DNA of 64,000 bases, from assembly GCA_963765205.1 (NCBI GenBank), contig CAVXVB010000004.1:32001-96000 (forward strand). Direction: 5' to 3'. Below, in pieces: positions 33,760 through 44,468 of this stretch (position 1 is the first letter of the stretch; every line of letters begins with the position of its first letter). The position numbers were made by a program, and so were the translations under genes. The notes under the pieces were generated by a model, which saw nothing but the letters and a program-made list of their open reading frames with translations, made no database searches and had not been told where the DNA came from. This DNA is from an uncultured Verrucomicrobiae bacterium. GTDB lineage: Bacteria; Verrucomicrobiota; Verrucomicrobiia; Opitutales; JABDGR01.

Positions 33760-33920
33760 GGAAGGTGGGGATTTCTGAATGCTGAGTTCTGAATGCTTAA
33801 TTTCCTGACCGAGAACACAACAGCAACAGATAAACATAAAGGAAAAATTTCCCATTCCGCAATCCGAATTCAGCATTTCCTTTGAACCTTTTCTTTCCTT
33901 CCCCATTCCACTGGGCGAGG

Positions 33921-34469
33921 ATGCTGCGCGTGGCCGAACCAGAACCATTGCCCGTGGCGCAAGCCCGGGCCGGCGCGGCGGCAGCGTGGCGCGTCCTCTT
34001 TCGCCGCTACCAACTGCCGCTGTGTGCCTACGTCTATGAATTGGTCCGCCATGAACAAACCAGCCTCGACCTTGTGCAGGCGTCTTTCATTCGCGCCGCG
34101 CGCCACCTCGGCACCCTGCGCGACGACGCGAAGTTCGGCAGTTGGCTCTTCGGCATCGCCCACCAGCAATGCCTGCAACACTTCCACCAGGCGGGCCGCG
34201 AATTCGTCTCCAGCGACCTGCTCGATGAACGCCCCGGCGACGACCCCGGCCCCGACCAAATCCTTTTGCGTGCCGAGCAGGCGGCGGAGTTCCGCGCGCT
34301 CCTCGCGCAACTCCCGCCCGCGCACCGCGCCGTCCTCGTGCTTTATTTCGTCGAGGATTTTTCCCTGGAGGACATCGCCCGCGTCACGGACGCGCCGCTG
34401 GGCACCGTCAAGTCCCGCCTGCACCACGCCAAGCGCGCGCTGAAAAAACTCTGGGAACACCAAGCATGA
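33921..34469 (+). CDS. ECF sigma-70 factor
   Basis: DLVQASF, FGSWLFGIA and LGTVKSRLHHA. Confidence 0.9.
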   Translation: MLRVAEPEPLPVAQARAGAAAAWRVLFRRYQLPLCAYVYELVRHEQTSLDLVQASFIRAARHLGTLRDDAKFGSWLFGIAHQQCLQHFHQAGREFVSSDLLDERPGDDPGPDQILLRAEQAAEFRALLAQLPPAHRAVLVLYFVEDFSLEDIARVTDAPLGTVKSRLHHAKRALKKLWEHQA

Positions 34470-34960
34470 AAACACCGAAACAAATTTTATTGGAAAGCCA
34501 TCGCGCCGCCGAGCCGCAGCTCGACCGCCTGCGCGAAGAGGTGCTAACGACAGAGTTTAGCTGGCCTGCGGTGAACTTGTCGAACGAGTCGGAGGGCCAC
34601 GCCCTGAGCCTGTCGAAGGGCCGCCCGTCGAAAAATCGCAACTTCGCCGCCGCCCTTTTGCAAAAATTATGGCTCGAATTAATCTGGCCCTCGCGCCGCG
34701 CCTGGGCCGGCCTCGCCGCCGTGTGGGTTGCGCTCGCGGCCGTTTATCTCACCACCCAGCGCCCGGGCGACGCCAAGCTGCCCCCGCCCAACCCGCAAAT
34801 GGTCGCCGCCTGGATGCAGGAGCAACAGTTGCTTGCGCAATTGCTGGACCATCCTATGCATACTGCGGCCAAAATCCCCACGCCCGCACGCCCTGAGCCT
34901 GTCGAAGGGCCCAACAAATCCGCCCAATGGCTGGCCGACGACCAAACCGCCCGGGTGTAA
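34466..34960 (+). CDS. Putative anti-sigma / single-pass membrane protein
   Basis: Coupled to the ECF gene (ATGA overlap); WLELIWPSRRAWAGLAAVW TM segment. Confidence 0.65.
   Translation: MKTPKQILLESHRAAEPQLDRLREEVLTTEFSWPAVNLSNESEGHALSLSKGRPSKNRNFAAALLQKLWLELIWPSRRAWAGLAAVWVALAAVYLTTQRPGDAKLPPPNPQMVAAWMQEQQLLAQLLDHPMHTAAKIPTPARPEPVEGPNKSAQWLADDQTARV
34598..34911 (+). repeat. Two exact 25-bp copies of a small hairpin repeat inside a CDS
   Basis: CACGCCCTGAGCCTGTCGAAGGGCC at 34598-34622 and 34887-34911. Confidence 0.85.
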
Positions 34961-35033
34961 GACCATTTCTCAACCGAATTTTCGACCATGCCACGACAGC
35001 TAGAACAGATTGCAGAAGTTTGGCTCTTCCGTC

Positions 35034-35183
35034 CCGGGGAGCGCGGGCGTCCCACCCGCCGTCCTCGGCGTCTCGCCGAGGACATCTTCGAAGACCGGAA
35101 ACGCAGGACACTGCACCGGCTTTTGCAAAAGAAGCGGTCGGCGAGACGCCGACCGCAGCGACCGGGACGGTCGCGCTCCCCGG
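35034..35183. repeat. REP/REPIN-like palindromic element
   Basis: CCGGGGAGCGCG/CGCGCTCCCCGG termini; inner TCGGCGTCTCGCCGA/TCGGCGAGACGCCGA. Confidence 0.7.
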
Positions 35184-35367
35184 AACGAAGAACCGTGCAT
35201 TCTAAAGTCCAAAAATAATTCGGTGTTCGTATAAAACCCGCCAGTTTTTTGTTTCGAAACTGATTTTCACCGCCACGACCGCCAAAAAATAAATTCGGTT
35301 AATCCCGTCAAAAACCTCCCTTGGCGCTCTTTGCGCCTTTGCGGTGAACCATTCCCCTCCTCTCCCC

Positions 35368-36972
35368 ATGCCCTCCTTCGCCGACCAAATCCCCACTATC
35401 CGAAAAATCTATCGCGCCCCGTTTAATTGGTGCGCGCGCATCTTCCGCGCCGTTTTCACCTGGCGCGTGATGCGCCGCGTTTTGCTCTCTATCGCGATTC
35501 TCGCCACGCTGATCACGTCCTTTTATCTGGAGGAACTCTGGCGCGGCCAGAGAGCCTGGGACGCCGCCCGGCGCGCCTTCGAGGCGCAAGGCGGGACGCT
35601 CGACCTCCAAAAACTGGCCCCGCCACCGGTGCCCGATGACCAGAATTTCGCGATGACTCCGTTGCTCAAGCCGTTCTTCCCCGTAGGAACGCGCGAGCAC
35701 CCCAATAAGTATCGCGAAGAACTCGGGTCCCGGCTGGAATGGCCGACCGCCGAAGGTAAAGACCCGCATGCCGATGATCCAGGCAACCTGGGCTCCTGGC
35801 GGGAGGCCAAACGTAGTGACTTGAAGGATTGGCAGACATTTCTTGGCCAGCCGGACATTCTGCAAGCGTTGAAAAAGCTCGATCCCGTATTAAACGAAAT
35901 CAGCCTCGCCAGCCGCCGACCCTTTGCCCGGTTTCCCTTCGAATACGAAAAGGTTCCGTTGCCCTTGATATTCGACGTTGGCTTGTTCATCCACTTGACC
36001 CACATTTACGGAGTCCGCGCGTTGGCGGAATTGGACGCGGGCCAAACCGACCGCGCAGCGGAGGACACGGTCACCATTTTTCAACTGGCCAATTCCTTAA
36101 CGGGCGAACCCTTCTTAATGTCCCAGATTACCTCCGTCATCATTGCCGCAAATGGCATGCAGGTGCTCTGGGAGGGGCTGTTCGCCCACCGCTGGTCGGA
36201 GGCCCAATTAGTCGAGTTCTCGGGTGAATTGCAAAAATTTGATTACCTCGCGGGCGAACTGCGGGGCGTGCAGGGGGAAACGGCTAGTTCTGATCACTTC
36301 TTCCAACTAAGATTGGATGACCCGTCCGGCGACCCGTCCGGGATGGCTGAAAGATTCAACTTGTTCAGCGGCCTGATCCCCGATCAATCTGGCCAGGGCG
36401 TGTTAAAAACGCTGGAAAACGAAGTGCAAGACTGGCTGATAAAACGGTGGGCGGCGTGGCTGCCGCGCGGATGGCTCTATCAAAGCCGCATTGTTCATTT
36501 GCAAGACGAACAAAAGACCCTGGCCACCCTTGATGTCCCGCGCCACCGGGTGGATCCGGAAAAGTCCAAGGCCATTGATAATGAATTCGCCCAGCGGCGG
36601 CACACACCCTACAATTTTATTGCATTTAATTTCGAGGTGGGATCGGCGGCGAGCCTCAACCGCATTTCCGCCTCCGCCCAAGCCTGGATGGACGAAGCCC
36701 AAGTCGCTTGCGCGCTTGAACACTACCGGCTGGCCAACGGACAGTTGCCGGAAACGCTCGACCAACTTACTCCGAAGTTCATCGCCAAGCTTCCGACGGA
36801 TGTTATCAGCGGCGGCCCGCTGCATTACCAACGAAAAGCGGACGGGCATTTTCTGCTCTACGAAGTCGGCTGGAACGGCACCGACGACGGCGGCGTTATC
36901 GCCAAAGATTCCTCGGGCAATGTCGACCCGGAAAAAGGCGACTGGGTCTGGCCCGATGCGGCGCAACCGTAG
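35368..36972 (+). CDS. Membrane-anchored hypothetical protein with GspG-like C-terminal motif
   Basis: TM segment; PPPVPDDQNFA; ACALEHYRLANGQLPETLDQL...LYEVGWNGTDDGG. Confidence 0.75.
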   Translation: MPSFADQIPTIRKIYRAPFNWCARIFRAVFTWRVMRRVLLSIAILATLITSFYLEELWRGQRAWDAARRAFEAQGGTLDLQKLAPPPVPDDQNFAMTPLLKPFFPVGTREHPNKYREELGSRLEWPTAEGKDPHADDPGNLGSWREAKRSDLKDWQTFLGQPDILQALKKLDPVLNEISLASRRPFARFPFEYEKVPLPLIFDVGLFIHLTHIYGVRALAELDAGQTDRAAEDTVTIFQLANSLTGEPFLMSQITSVIIAANGMQVLWEGLFAHRWSEAQLVEFSGELQKFDYLAGELRGVQGETASSDHFFQLRLDDPSGDPSGMAERFNLFSGLIPDQSGQGVLKTLENEVQDWLIKRWAAWLPRGWLYQSRIVHLQDEQKTLATLDVPRHRVDPEKSKAIDNEFAQRRHTPYNFIAFNFEVGSAASLNRISASAQAWMDEAQVACALEHYRLANGQLPETLDQLTPKFIAKLPTDVISGGPLHYQRKADGHFLLYEVGWNGTDDGGVIAKDSSGNVDPEKGDWVWPDAAQP

Positions 36973-37138
36973 GGAGGATTGCTGATTTCTGAATGCTGAG
37001 TGCTGAATTTCGAACGCTGAACTCTGAACTTTGAGCTCCAAAATCCTGCCCAGCATGATCCGCCCGCCAAGGCAGAAGCAGGAAAAGCCTCCGCATTCAG
37101 CAATCAGAAATCAGCATTCAGAAATCCCCCTCCCTGCC

Positions 37139-37424
37139 TTACTTCGCCGCCTCCACCCGCTTCAGCACCAGCGGCTCGTCCCAGGCGAACGGCACGCCCC
37201 ACGTTTCGTCCTTGAGCGACTTTAATTGGTCTGGCGTCAATTCGCCGAGGCGCACGTTGTTGCCGTCCATCGCGCCCGGCAATTTGCCGTCCGCGACAAT
37301 TTTGGCGAACTTGCCGGCATCAGGCGACCACAGGATGGCGATGTCGCCGTCCACTTTGATCCGCAGCCAGTTATAGCGCGTGATTTTGGCGCCTTGGGCA
37401 TCCTTGGCATCTTGGTCAACCAGG
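37139..37424 (-). pseudogene. 3' fragment of a hypothetical gene truncated by the IS
   Basis: Frame is open up to the IS boundary (SLVDQDAKDAQG...VEAAK*) with host-like codon use. Confidence 0.6.
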
Positions 37425-37428
37425 CTAG

Positions 37429-38281
37429 AGGCTGTCCGAAAAGTCTGCTTTGGTCAAGTGATGGGCAGATGACGTAGCGCGATCATGAGGCAGCCGAGCG
37501 TGGCAAAAGCGCAGAAGAGCGAAGCGTGTTTTTCCCAGCGGGTGAGCAAACGACGGTGATAGCCCAGCCAGGCGATGGTGCGTTCGACTCTCCAGCGGCG
37601 GCGGTAGCGGCGCCGCGGTCGTCCGTCCTGGGTGACGTTTTCGGGCCGGCGGTTTTTGCGGTGCGGGGCGATCATTTCGATGCCCAGTTCGGCGAGGGTT
37701 TCGTCCAGTTCATCCACGTCGTAAGCCTTGTCGCCGATGAGGCGTTGCGGCTGGGCCTCGGGCTGGCCCAAGTCGAGCGTTTGCTGCACCATGTCGTGTT
37801 CGGGAACGCCAGAGGCGTCCACCGACAGCGCCAGCGGAATGCCTTGCCCATCAACGACTAACTGCACCTTCGTGCCCTTGCCCTTGGGCGACAGCCCCAC
37901 GGCGTCACCACCGCCCTTGGCCGCCGCAAAGGTGGCGTCCACGAAGCATTCTTCCACATCGATGCGCCCAACCTCAATCAAGTGCCGGATAACTTGGGCG
38001 AACAGCATGCGGAAGGCCCGCGACTGGCTCCACTGTTGCAGGTAGTCATGCACGGTGGACTTGGGGGGAAAGCTGCGTGGCAGCAGCTTCCACGGCATGC
38101 CCGTGTGCAGCATGAACAGGATGGCTTCGAACACCTCCCGCTCGTTGGCCCGGGGCCGCCCAAACACGCTGCGCTTGGGCCGTTGCAACACAGGACTTAT
38201 AATCTCCCATTGTTTGTCAGTTATAAACATCCCACTCCGAAAGCACCTTCCATGCCGACTGGCCTACTTTTCGGACAGCCT
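37429..38281 (-). mobile_element. IS5-family insertion sequence (IS427-like)
   Basis: Terminal IRs AGGCTGTCCGAAAAGT / ACTTTTCGGACAGCCT; CTAG on both sides (37425-37428, 38282-38285). Confidence 0.92.
37454..38230 (-). CDS. IS5-family DDE transposase, single ORF
   Basis: TDKQWE...GRP...TGMPW; FVDAT; GDKAYD; RWRVERTIAW. Confidence 0.93.
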   Translation of the reverse strand: MFITDKQWEIISPVLQRPKRSVFGRPRANEREVFEAILFMLHTGMPWKLLPRSFPPKSTVHDYLQQWSQSRAFRMLFAQVIRHLIEVGRIDVEECFVDATFAAAKGGGDAVGLSPKGKGTKVQLVVDGQGIPLALSVDASGVPEHDMVQQTLDLGQPEAQPQRLIGDKAYDVDELDETLAELGIEMIAPHRKNRRPENVTQDGRPRRRYRRRWRVERTIAWLGYHRRLLTRWEKHASLFCAFATLGCLMIALRHLPIT

Positions 38282-39700
38282 CTAGGCGTGTTCTGCAAGG
38301 AAGTCATGGTGACCGCGCCGCTGCTGACCTTCTTATATGATCGAACGTTCGCGGCCGGGAGTTTTGCCGAGGCGTGGCGGCGGCGGGCAAAATATTACGG
38401 AGTACTGGCGGCCACCTGGATTCCACTGGCAGGGGTCGTTTGGAGTGCGGGCAACCGGGGTGGCTCGGCGGGTTTTCAATCGGGCCTGGCATGGACGGAT
38501 TATGCGTGGGCGCAGTTTCCCGTGCTCGCGCGCTATCTGGCCTTGGTCACATGGCCGCATCCGCAAATGGTGGACTATGGGCCGGCACTGGCTTGGAACG
38601 GCGGCCCGGCCATGGCCGCGGGTGACGAGAGTTGGGCGCTGCTCTTGGTTGTGGCGCTGGTGGCGGGCACAATCTACCTGCTGTGGCGGCGTTCGGTTTT
38701 CGGCTTTCTTGGCGCCTGGTTTTTCGGGATACTCGCGCCGAGTTCGAGCATCGTCCCGATTGCGACCGAAATCGCGGCGGAGCACCGCCTGTATCTGTCC
38801 CTGGCGGCACTGGCGGTGCTGGCAGCCGTCGGGCTGGACCGGTGCGCGGGGCCGCGGGTCTTCAGCATCGCCGTCGCCATTTGGGCGGCGGGTTTAGGGG
38901 GCCTGACGTTCGAGCGCAACCAGGATTTTCGCACGGAATTGGTCAATTACCAGGCGCTGGTGGCCAATGCGCCCGAGAACGACCGCGCGCTCGTCAATCT
39001 GGGGGTGGATTTGGCTGACGCCGGGCGGCTGCCGGAAAGCGCGCAGGCCTACGCGAACGCTTTGCGGATCAATCCCCGCGCGGTGGATGCGGAGCATAAC
39101 CTCGGCTTGGTCCTGGCCCGGATGGGGCGCCCGGATCAAGCCATCATCCATTATCGGAATGCCTTGCGCCTCAGCCCCGATTACATTCCCGCCCACGCGG
39201 CCCTGGCCAATTTGCTGGTAAAGACGAAGGCAACCATCCCGGACGCGATTACCGAGTTCGCGGCCCTGGTGCGGTTGCAGCCGGATTCGGCCGAGGCGCA
39301 TCTGAACCTCGGCAAGGCTTACATCGTGGACGAGCAACACGCGCAGTTTGCCCCGGCCCTCGCCCAATTCCAAATCGCCGCCCGCCTTGCGCCGGACGAC
39401 CCGGAAGCTTTTTTCTCGCTTGGCGACGCGCTGACGAAGGAGGGAATGGCCGCCTCCCCAGCGGGCGCGCCGTTTTTTACGGAAGCGGTCGCGCAATATT
39501 CCCTGGCCTTGAAAATCAAGCCCGACTACGCCCGCGCGCGGGGCGGCTTCGCCTTTTGTCTAATGCGATTGGGCCGTTATGGTGAGGCCGTGCGTGAATA
39601 CCAGGCGGCGTTGCGGCTCGACCCGACGGAGAAAAGCTTCAGCGCCGGTCTCGCCATGGCGCAGGGACTGCAGGCCGGAACAATAGCGCCGCCACCGTGA
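38282..39700 (+). pseudogene. 5'-truncated TMTC-like membrane/TPR protein (GT-C-like)
   Basis: Begins at the internal motif LGVFCKEVMVTAPLL...YDR; AEHRLYL; C-terminal TPRs. Confidence 0.75.
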
Positions 39701-39733
39701 GCGGGCTGCAGCCCGCCCCCAAAAATTTGCGCG

Positions 39734-40876
39734 TCAGTTGCCAGTGGACAAGCCGTATTTTATGTAGGCTTTGTCGCGGAGTCGTTGGAGCCACTTTTCC
39801 ACGGCCTGGCTGTCGTCCTGCGCGGCAAGGGTTTTCTCAATATCCGGGTAGACGTCTTCGATCTTGCGGTAGCCTTCAGCGGTTTTTTCGTCGCAGATGA
39901 AGATGAAGATGACGGTGTCATTCGTCTGCGCGTCATGCGTCGTCACTGGGTCGCTGACCTGGCCGGGCTGGAGATTGAACACGGCTTGCTGCACTTCGGG
40001 CGGCAGCTTGTTATCGCTCGTAAAAGTCTGGTCGGGAAGGATGCCGGCGCGGGCCAGGGGGTCGGAACTGTATTTCTGGGCCAGCGTCAGAAAGTTGGCG
40101 CCGGGCTGGCGAGCTTCCTCGACAATTTTCGCGGCTTGTTCGGCGACGGGCGAGTCGGCCACCGGCTTGAGCACGATCTGGCGCACTTTGATCGAGGCCT
40201 TGACGAAATAGTCCTCTTTGTGCTTTTCGTAATAGTCTTTGATGCGGTCGGGGCTGAGGCCGGTCGTGGAGCTGTGCATCTGATCCGCCATATACCCGAC
40301 CATGTCGTCTTCCTCGATGCGCTGGCGGTAATCCAGTTCGGACTCGCCCTTGGAGGCGAGGTATTTGATGAAGGCCTCCCGGTCGTCGTGAAACTGCGAG
40401 GCCATGTTGTCCTCAAACTGGCGCTCGATGTAGTAGGCGGGCACTTTGTAGCCCTTGTCGGTGAATTCCTGGATAATGAGCAGGCGGTCCACCATGGCTT
40501 TGAGCGCTTCCATGCCGAGGGCGTTGACTTGCTGGTCAAAAATTTCCTTGGCCTTTACCGGGTCGTCGCCGTATTTGGCGTCAATGGCCTGGAAGAGATT
40601 GTCCACATCCGGCTTCATCTCCTTATTCAATTCATCCAGGGTGATTATTTTGCCGTTCACCACTGCGGCGACCGAATCGGTGAACTTGTCCTGTTTGAGT
40701 TCGCCCACGGGTGCATTCGGCATCGCGGGGGCGGCGGGGCCGGGTGTGGCGATGGTCGCAGCGGATGCGGCGGCGCTCGTCAAAGTCGCCGATCCGGGCG
40801 CATCCTCGCCCAAGGCGGTCGCCCCCACGGCGAGCAACGCAAGTGGGCAGAGCAGGTGGCGCAGACGCGGCATCAT
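39734..40876 (-). CDS. SurA-like peptidyl-prolyl isomerase (parvulin)
   Basis: Signal peptide; [32 protein letters not shown]; coupled to mfd. Confidence 0.85.
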   Translation of the reverse strand: MMPRLRHLLCPLALLAVGATALGEDAPGSATLTSAAASAATIATPGPAAPAMPNAPVGELKQDKFTDSVAAVVNGKIITLDELNKEMKPDVDNLFQAIDAKYGDDPVKAKEIFDQQVNALGMEALKAMVDRLLIIQEFTDKGYKVPAYYIERQFEDNMASQFHDDREAFIKYLASKGESELDYRQRIEEDDMVGYMADQMHSSTTGLSPDRIKDYYEKHKEDYFVKASIKVRQIVLKPVADSPVAEQAAKIVEEARQPGANFLTLAQKYSSDPLARAGILPDQTFTSDNKLPPEVQQAVFNLQPGQVSDPVTTHDAQTNDTVIFIFICDEKTAEGYRKIEDVYPDIEKTLAAQDDSQAVEKWLQRLRDKAYIKYGLSTGN

Positions 40877-43800
40877 GGCTTGGGTGTTTGCTGGCGTTTC
40901 AGGAAGGAGATAATCTCGTCCATTCTTTGGAGAGGTTGGCGCGTGGTCAAGCGGGGAAAACGGTTGCCGATTTGAACATAATCGGGATATTGACCGCGCC
41001 CGCCGGCCCTTTCGCACTTGAGGCGTGCGCCTTCGGTGGCGACATCCACGATGCCCTTTTGTTCCGCCCAACCACGGATTTCGGCCAGCTTAACCAAGGC
41101 TTGCGCGCTTTTCGGCAATGGGCCAAAGCGGTCGCGCAGAGAGGCGGCCAGCGCGGCGGTCTCAGCGGGCGAGGCGGCCAGCGCCAGGCGGCGGTATTGG
41201 TCCAGGCGCAGGCGCGTGTCGGCGATGTAATCCGCCGGGAGATTGGCGGAAATGGGTGCGAGGTGCTGGCCGGCGAGGTCGGTCTCCTTCAGCGCGGCGT
41301 AGCCGTGGCCGGTGTCGTCGGTGGCGGCGATGGTGATGGGCGGGAGGGTGGCGCCGGCGGCTTCGCCGACGAGGACAAAATCCAGCCGCACTGTCGCGCG
41401 CACGGCGAGCGCGGCGGGTTCGCCCTTGAGGCGGGCGATGCTCTGGCGCAGCAACTGGCAATATAAATCAAGGCCCACGCCGGCGATGTGGCCGCTTTGT
41501 TCCGCGCCGAGGAGGTTGCCCGCGCCGCGCAGTTCGAGGTCGCGCATCGCGAGGCGGAAGCCCGCGCCAGGCTGCGTGAATTGGCGGATGGCGGCGAGGC
41601 GGTGGCGCGCCTGGTCGAGCAGCCGCGCGTGGCGGTGCAGCAGCAGATACGCGTAGGCCTGCCGGTTGAAGCGCCCGACCCGCCCGCGCAACTGATACAA
41701 CTGCGCCAGCCCAAAGCGGTCCGCGCCTTCGATGATGAGCGTATTACAGTTTGGGATGTCAAGGCCCGACTCGATGATGGTGGTGCAAATCAGCACGTCG
41801 AATTCGCCGGCGACGAAGCGCGTCATGATCGTTTCCAAATCGTCGGCGTCCATCTGCCCGTGGCCGACGCACAGGCGCGCCTCGGGGATGAGTTCGCGGA
41901 GGTGGCGCGCGCAGTCTTCGATGCTCTCGACGCGGTTGTGGAGATAAAAGACCTGGCCGCCGCGCGCCAGCTCGAAGCGGATGGCCTCGCGTACGATTTC
42001 CGGCGAAAAACTTTTCACGATGGTTTCGATGGGCAGGCGGTCGCGTGGCGGCGTCTCGATGACGCTGAGGTCGCGCGCGCTGACGAGCGCGAAGTAGAGC
42101 GTGCGCGGGATGGGCGTCGCGCTCATCGCCAGCACATGCACGTCGGCGCGGAGCTGCTTGAGTTTTTCCTTGTGGCGCACGCCGAAGCGGTGCTCCTCGT
42201 CAATGATGACCAGGCCCAGGTCCTTGAATTTCACGTCCGTGCCAAAGAGACGGTGCGTGCCGATGACGATGTCGAGCTGGCCGGAGCCAAGTTGCGCGAC
42301 GACTTGCTTTTGCTGCTTCGGCGAGCGGAAGCGGCTGAGTTGCTCGACGGCCACCGGAAAGGGCGCGAGCCGCTCGCGAAATGTGTTCAGGTGCTGCTGC
42401 ACGAGCACCGTCGTCGGCGCGAGGACGACGACTTGCTTGCCGCCGAGCACGGCCTTGAACGCGGCGCGCAGCGCGACCTCCGTCTTGCCGAAGCCCACGT
42501 CGCCGCACAGCAGGCGGTCCATCGGGCGGCCGCGTTCGAGGTCGCTCTTGGTCTCGGTGATGGCGCGAGCCTGGTCGGGCGTTTCCTCGTGGGGAAAGGC
42601 GTCCTCGAATTCGTGCTGCCAGGCGGCATCGGGCGGGAAGGCGAAGCCCGGGCGCTGGTCGCGCTCGGCCTGCACGCGCAGCAGTTGCGCGGCGAAATCG
42701 AGCGTGGCGCGCTCGGCCTCGTGTCGCGTTTTTTCCCACTGGCGGCCGCCGACCTTGCCCAGCCGGGGCGCGATTTTCGCCAGGCCGACGTAGCGCGAGA
42801 GCAGGTGCGACTCGTGCAGCGGCAGGTGCAGTTCCACCCCGTCCGCGAATTCGAGTGAAATGACTTCGTCCTGGCGACCCGCCGTGGCGAGTTTGCGCAG
42901 CCCGCGAAACCGGCACACGCCGTGCGTGACGTGGACGAGGTGGTCGCCCTCGACGATTTCGGAAAAATCAAGCAACTGGTCCACCCGGTGGCGCTGGGGC
43001 AACTGGCGCGTGCGGAACGTGGCGACGCGCTGGCGGTGCCGCCCAAAAATTTCGCCTTCCGCCACCACCGCCACGGCTTGGTTTTTTTTCAGCAGCGGCC
43101 AGTCGAGCCGCGCGTTGGTTTTCGGCGGAGGAAACCGGCCGCGAGGCTGCCGGTTAAAATTTTCGGCGCGAAACCTTTGAGCGAGGAATCTTCCGCGAGA
43201 ATTTCCCGCAGCCGCCCGGCTTCACCCTCGGCGTGCGTGACGATGAACACGGCGGTGCCCGCGCGCGCCCATTGCGCGAGCAGGCGCAGGAAAGCGTGCT
43301 GCGAGGCCTGGTCGCTTTCGAGCCGCGCGCGGCCCAGCGCCGGCGTATTTGCGAGCGGGCGGTGCGCGAGGGTCGGCTCGGAGTCCACCGGCACGCGGAG
43401 TGAGTCGCTGGCAATCGCGCCGCCTGATTCGTCCAGTTCGGCGAGGCCCGTCCACGCATCATCCGCGTCGGCGCGCGCAGTGAGGATGGTTTGCAGGGTG
43501 GGGTGGGGAGCGGCGAGTTTTTCCGGGACGGAAAAAAGGGCCGGCTGTTCGGCGGCCTGGCGCGCGGGTTCGTGGATGATCCAGTGTGCGCGCGCGGGGA
43601 GAAAATTCAGGAGGCCCGCGGGCGCGCCCTCCTTCATTTCGCGCGGGGCGGGCGCGATGAGGAGTTCGGGCAGGGCCTCGTCGGTGAGTTGCGTAGTGGG
43701 GTCGAAGCGGCGGATGCTTTCCAATTCGTCGCCGAAAAAATCGAGGCGAACGGGCGCAGCGGCGTTGAAGGGGTAAACGTCGAGCAATCCGCCGCGCACC

Positions 43801-44345
43801 GCGTATTGGCCGGGGGTTTCGCACAGCGCTTCATGGTCATAGCCCAGTTCGTGGCCGAGTTTTTCCGCGAGTTCGCGGAAGTTGACGCGCGCGCCCGCCG
43901 CCAGGCGGATTTCCCGCGCGGTCAAATCGCCCGGACGCGGCGCGGGTTGCAACACGGCGGCGAGCGTCGTGACGATGAGCAGCCGGCCACCCACGCTTTT
44001 CGCAGAGGAATTTTTTTCGCGCTGGGAGGCGAGCGCGGCGAGTACGGCGAGCCGGTCGCACTGGCGCTCAAAAGTGCCCGCCACGCCCGCGGCTTCCGCG
44101 CCTTCGCCGGGCAATTCGGGGTAGAGCAAAACCTCCGTGGGCGCAGGGCCGTCGGCGGCGAGGCGCTGGAAAAACGAAATGTCCTCGGCCAGGGCGTCGA
44201 GCTGGCGGGGCAGGCGCGCGAGTGCCAGCGTGACAGGCGCGGGGTGGTCGCGCGCCAACTGTTCGAGAAAGGCGCCCACAGCCGGCCCGGCCACGCCCAC
44301 AAACAGGCGCGGTGCAAATGCTTCCGGCACAAGGACGGGCTTCAT
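40873..44345 (-). CDS. mfd: Transcription-repair coupling factor; one apparent frameshift near 43125
   Basis: UvrB-like [39 protein letters not shown] motif. Confidence 0.93.
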
Positions 44346-44468
44346 CGGTGGCGGCCGGGAATCTCGGCGAACCATCCAGCATAAACTTCGCACGAAACAT
44401 TGCACGCTTTCTTGCGCACCCGACTCCCCCCTTGAACTGGGTGCGGTTCGCCGCTATCGTTCGAACGC

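Noticed and set aside
37982..38281. N-terminal part of the 572-aa track ORF
   Set aside because: Antisense to the transposase inside the IS; not the native N-terminus
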